64,000 nt of DNA from Pristiophorus japonicus (lineage: Eukaryota), in contig NC_091995.1 of assembly GCF_044704955.1 (NCBI RefSeq), positions 54,994,001-55,058,000 on the forward strand, read 5' to 3'. How positions within the stretch are numbered: the stretch's first letter is position 1; each line of letters starts with the position of its first letter. The notes under the pieces are model-generated. The model searched no databases. It had not been told where the DNA came from and saw only the letters and a program-made list of their open reading frames with translations. Shown one piece after another: positions 63,201 through 64,000 of this stretch. Position numbers and translations under genes: made by a program.

Positions 63201-64000
63201 GGATCCTCACTGGTGTGCTTTATATTCACTGTAGTTTAATGGCTGGATCCTCACTGGTGTGCTTTATATTTACTGTAGTTTAGTGACTAGATCCTCAATG
63301 GTGTGGTTTATATTTACTATAGTTTAGTGACTGGATCCTCACTGGGGTGGTTTATATTTACTGTAGTTTAGTGACTGTATCCTCACTGGTGTGGTTTATA
63401 TTTACTGTAGTTTAGTGACTGTATCCTCACTGGTGTGGTTTATATTTACTGTAGTTTAGTGACTGGATCTTCACTGGTGTGGTTTATATTTACTGTAGTT
63501 TAGTGACTGGATCCTCACTGGTGTGGTTTATATTTACTGTCGATTATTGACGAGATCCTCACTGGTGTGGTTTATATTTACTGTAGTTTAGTGACTGGAT
63601 CCTCACTGGGATGGTTTATATTTACTGTAGTTTAGTGACTGGATCCTCACTGGTGTGGTTTATATTTACTGTAGTTTCGTGACTGAATGCCCACTGGTGT
63701 GGTTTATATTTACTGTCGTTTAGTGACTGTATCCTCATTGGTGTGGTTTATATTTAATGTAGTTTAGTGACTGGATCCTCACTGGTGTGGTTTATATTTA
63801 CTGTAGTTTAGTGACTGGAGCCTGACTGGTGTGGTTTATATTTACTGTAGTTTAGTGACTGGATCCTCACTGGTGTGGTTTATATTTACTGTAGTTTCGT
63901 GACTGGATCCTCATTGGTGTGGTTTATATTTGCTGTAGTTTAGTGACTGGATCCTCACTGGTGTGGTTTATATTTACTGATGTTTCGTGACTGGATCCTC
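48240..64000. repeat. 44-bp satellite array (about 355 monomers, runs off the window) with higher-order repeats
   Basis: Consensus TTTAGTGACTGGATCCTCACTGGTGTGGTTTATATTTACTGTAG, containing a BamHI site. Confidence 0.98.

Noticed and set aside
48240-64000. CRISPR-like regular repeats
   Set aside because: Head-to-tail monomers with no unique spacers, no cas genes, and a vertebrate context.

Overview
Repeat-rich vertebrate genomic DNA, very probably from a cartilaginous fish (shark-type beta-2-microglobulin, Deu-domain SINE, CR1/L2/Penelope families). The only intact host gene is B2M (+ strand; coding exons 12339-12387, 13919-14191, 15264-15274; 110 aa), with an ISRE-S-X1/X2-Y promoter. Bases 1-6499 (- strand) are a defective retrovirus-like provirus resembling lokiretroviruses: LTR, truncated coiled-coil gag, no protease or RT, retroviral-type RNase H and integrase. 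Its env is about 770 codons long and broken by a single stop. It joins an immunoglobulin-like domain to a paramyxo/pneumovirus-F-like class I fusogen. About 28.5 kb downstream of the B2M start, a non-repetitive island holds GAS, NF-kB and ISRE motifs plus an inverted X-Y module with the same spacing as the promoter, a candidate distal MHC-type enhancer. The rest is a Penelope element with a hammerhead motif, a 17.5-kb nest of CR1/Gypsy/RTE/MITE insertions, minisatellites, purine/pyrimidine tracts, a second Gypsy element and over 15 kb of a 44-bp satellite with higher-order repeats. Family assignments come from motif recognition by eye, with no database searches.
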